64,000 bases of DNA, from positions 6,542,389 to 6,606,388 of the forward strand of contig CM121343.1 in the NCBI GenBank assembly GCA_051530055.1, written 5' to 3'. Below are positions 62,048-64,000 of the stretch, piece after piece. This DNA comes from Neoechinorhynchus agilis. Its lineage: Eukaryota; Animalia; Acanthocephala. The number at the start of each line of letters is the position of its first letter. Within the stretch, counting starts at the first letter, position 1. Made by a program: the position numbers and the translations under genes. The notes beneath the pieces are model-generated. The model had not been told where the DNA came from. It made no database searches and was given only the letters and a program-made list of their open reading frames with translations.

Positions 62048-62979
62048 GATTTTTTCTGTAATACGTTTAGTATTCGAAAGCCAACATGTGACATGGATGT
62101 ATTTTATGAAAATCTCGCATTGTTTTTAGTAATAAATCCTTAATCGAATGACGGCATGATGGCTGTCGGACAAGAGATATCGTTTCTTCATCGATCAACG
62201 GACACGGTTACGCATTACTGTCTGATTGATTTTTTTTCATTGATGTATAACCTGATTTGTGAAAATCCGCTGTTAGTTAATTATTTTTTGCTGAGGAGGC
62301 TCGGTGATACATTGATTGTTTCAATGAAATTCGATTAGAATCGTAGATGACCCTGTACACTGGATTCAATAAGTTCTGATTCGTTTAAATGGATACATTC
62401 GACACGACGAAAAACGGTTTACAATAAGTAGTCTCCAGTAGATAAACAAAAGGGTAATAAACCTTTTTCTATACTTTGAAATGCCATTAAAGTGATCCAA
62501 AGGTCAAAGGACGAATTTTTATAAATAGATTTGGGACTTGTCGCCATGTAGGATATTTTTAGTTTCGCACATATAACCGCCTCCCACATTATAAAGTGGC
62601 CTAGGACTTGACATTTGAAAAAGAAACAAAGTCATTTAAAACTTTGAAGAAATATTCGCATCTAAAGATCGTTCTTCATTAACCACGTCTTTAGAAAAGT
62701 CCCACTTCCAATATATCGCGTTTTACATTCTTTTAAAAAGAACGCCGCAAAGAAGAGAGATGGTGTTGATTGGTAAATTCCAAAGCAATGATCAGAACTC
62801 GGGTTCTATAGAAATTGGTATTTCCATGAATTTGTTTCCCCGTTAAATAACTTTTTCGTGAGATTGCAATCGGCACATCGTCTAATACAAAAAATTAAAT
62901 AGCACCGATCAAGTTTTTAAATATGAAAATAAACTTAAAAAAATGTATTCGTTTGTGTATTATTATTTCGTCGTCATTT

Positions 62980-64000
62980 ATAAATTGAAAATTAAATAAC
63001 AGAGGATAAAAGCGTCTAAATTGTCCTCTAATTTTTTTATACTGTGCTCTAATTGTTTGAAGATTGAATTGTTCATATTGGTCGTTTTCTGGCGGGTTTC
63101 GGAGAAACAATATAGAATGCGGTTATCAAGGTTGTAAATTGTTTCGAGATCAAATTGAAAGTAATAAAGTTGTTTTTCACATTGGAAGATCGTCAGCGAA
63201 ATCGTTAAGGAACGGCCTCTGGCTGCAAATTTATAAAAATTGAAAAAAAAACAGAGGATAAAAGTAAATTTCCTCTAATTTTTTTATACTGTGCTCTAAT
63301 TGTTTGAAGATTGAATTGTTCATATTGGTCGTTTTCTGGCGGGTTTCAGAAACAATATAGAATGCGTATCAAGGTTGTAAATTGTTTCGAGATCAAATTG
63401 AAAGTAATAAAGTTGTTTTTCACATTGGAAGATCGTTAGCGAAATCGTTAAGGAACGGCCTCTGGCTGCAAATTTATAAAAATTGAAAATTAAATAACGA
63501 GGATAAAAGCGTCTAATTGTCCTCTAATTTTTTTAACTGTGCTCTAATTGTTTGAAGATTGAATTGTTCATATTGGTCGTTTTCTGGCGGGTTTCCTAGA
63601 AACAATATAGAATGCGTTGATCAAGGTTGTAAATTGTTTCGAGATCAAATTGAAAGTAATAAAGTTGTTTTTCACATTGGAAGATCGTTAGCGAAATCGT
63701 TAAGGAACGGCCTCTGGCTGCAAATTTATAAAAATTGAAAATTAAATAACAGAGGATAAAAGCGTCTAAATTGTCCCTAATTTTTTTATACTGTGCTCTA
63801 ATTGTTTGAAGATTGAATTGTTCATATTGGTCGTTTTCTGGCGGGTTTCCTAGAAACAATATAGAATGCGTTGATCAAGGTTGTAAATTGTTTCGAGATC
63901 AAATTGAAAGTAATAAAGTTGTTTTTCATTGGAAGATCGTTAGCGAAATCGTTAAGGAACGCCTCTGGCTGCAAATTTATAAAAATTGAAAATTAAATAA
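62980..64000. repeat. Tandem array, about 250-bp unit, at least 4 copies, running off the window end
   Basis: aattgaaaattaaataacagaggataaaagcg...ggctgcaaatttata recurs at about 62985, 63240, 63483, 63735 and 63985. Confidence 0.95.

Noticed and set aside
55946-63859. ORFs within the 184-bp and about 250-bp arrays
   Set aside because: Repeat translations without homology signals.

Overview
AT-rich animal (metazoan) nuclear DNA with very short GT-AG introns (mostly about 30-60 nt). No prokaryotic features, CRISPR, rRNA or tRNA genes were found. Supportable genes are a calmodulin-like EF-hand gene, a possible Vestigial/Tondu-domain gene, a STRA6-like membrane receptor (-), an intronless neuronal calcium sensor with degenerate EF hands (-), a decayed GT31/B3GLCT-like gene (-), Vav (+, ending after SH2), a matrin-type zinc-finger gene (-), V-ATPase subunit E (-), a divergent NOP9-like PUF-repeat gene (+) and a partial Ig I-set gene (+). 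Mobile elements are a decayed CsRn1-type Ty3/gypsy (112-bp LTR, tRNA-Trp PBS), several defective CRE-like (RLE) non-LTR retrotransposon pieces and three TIR/MITE-like elements. About 25 kb (roughly 40%) consists of unrelated local tandem arrays with units of 56/57, 105, 145, 177, 179, 184, 195, 205, about 250 and about 280 bp. Several units are copies of the host gene's own exon or splice-junction sequence. The clearest case is a 6-kb 56/57-bp array inside the STRA6-like coding region, each unit carrying CAG|GT, which fits intron creation by tandem duplication. The 145-bp array is a row of roughly 80-nt pre-miRNA-like hairpins. All protein identifications are from motif recognition by eye, not database searches. 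Bursts of indels in the arrays suggest long-read consensus errors, so pseudogene calls are provisional.
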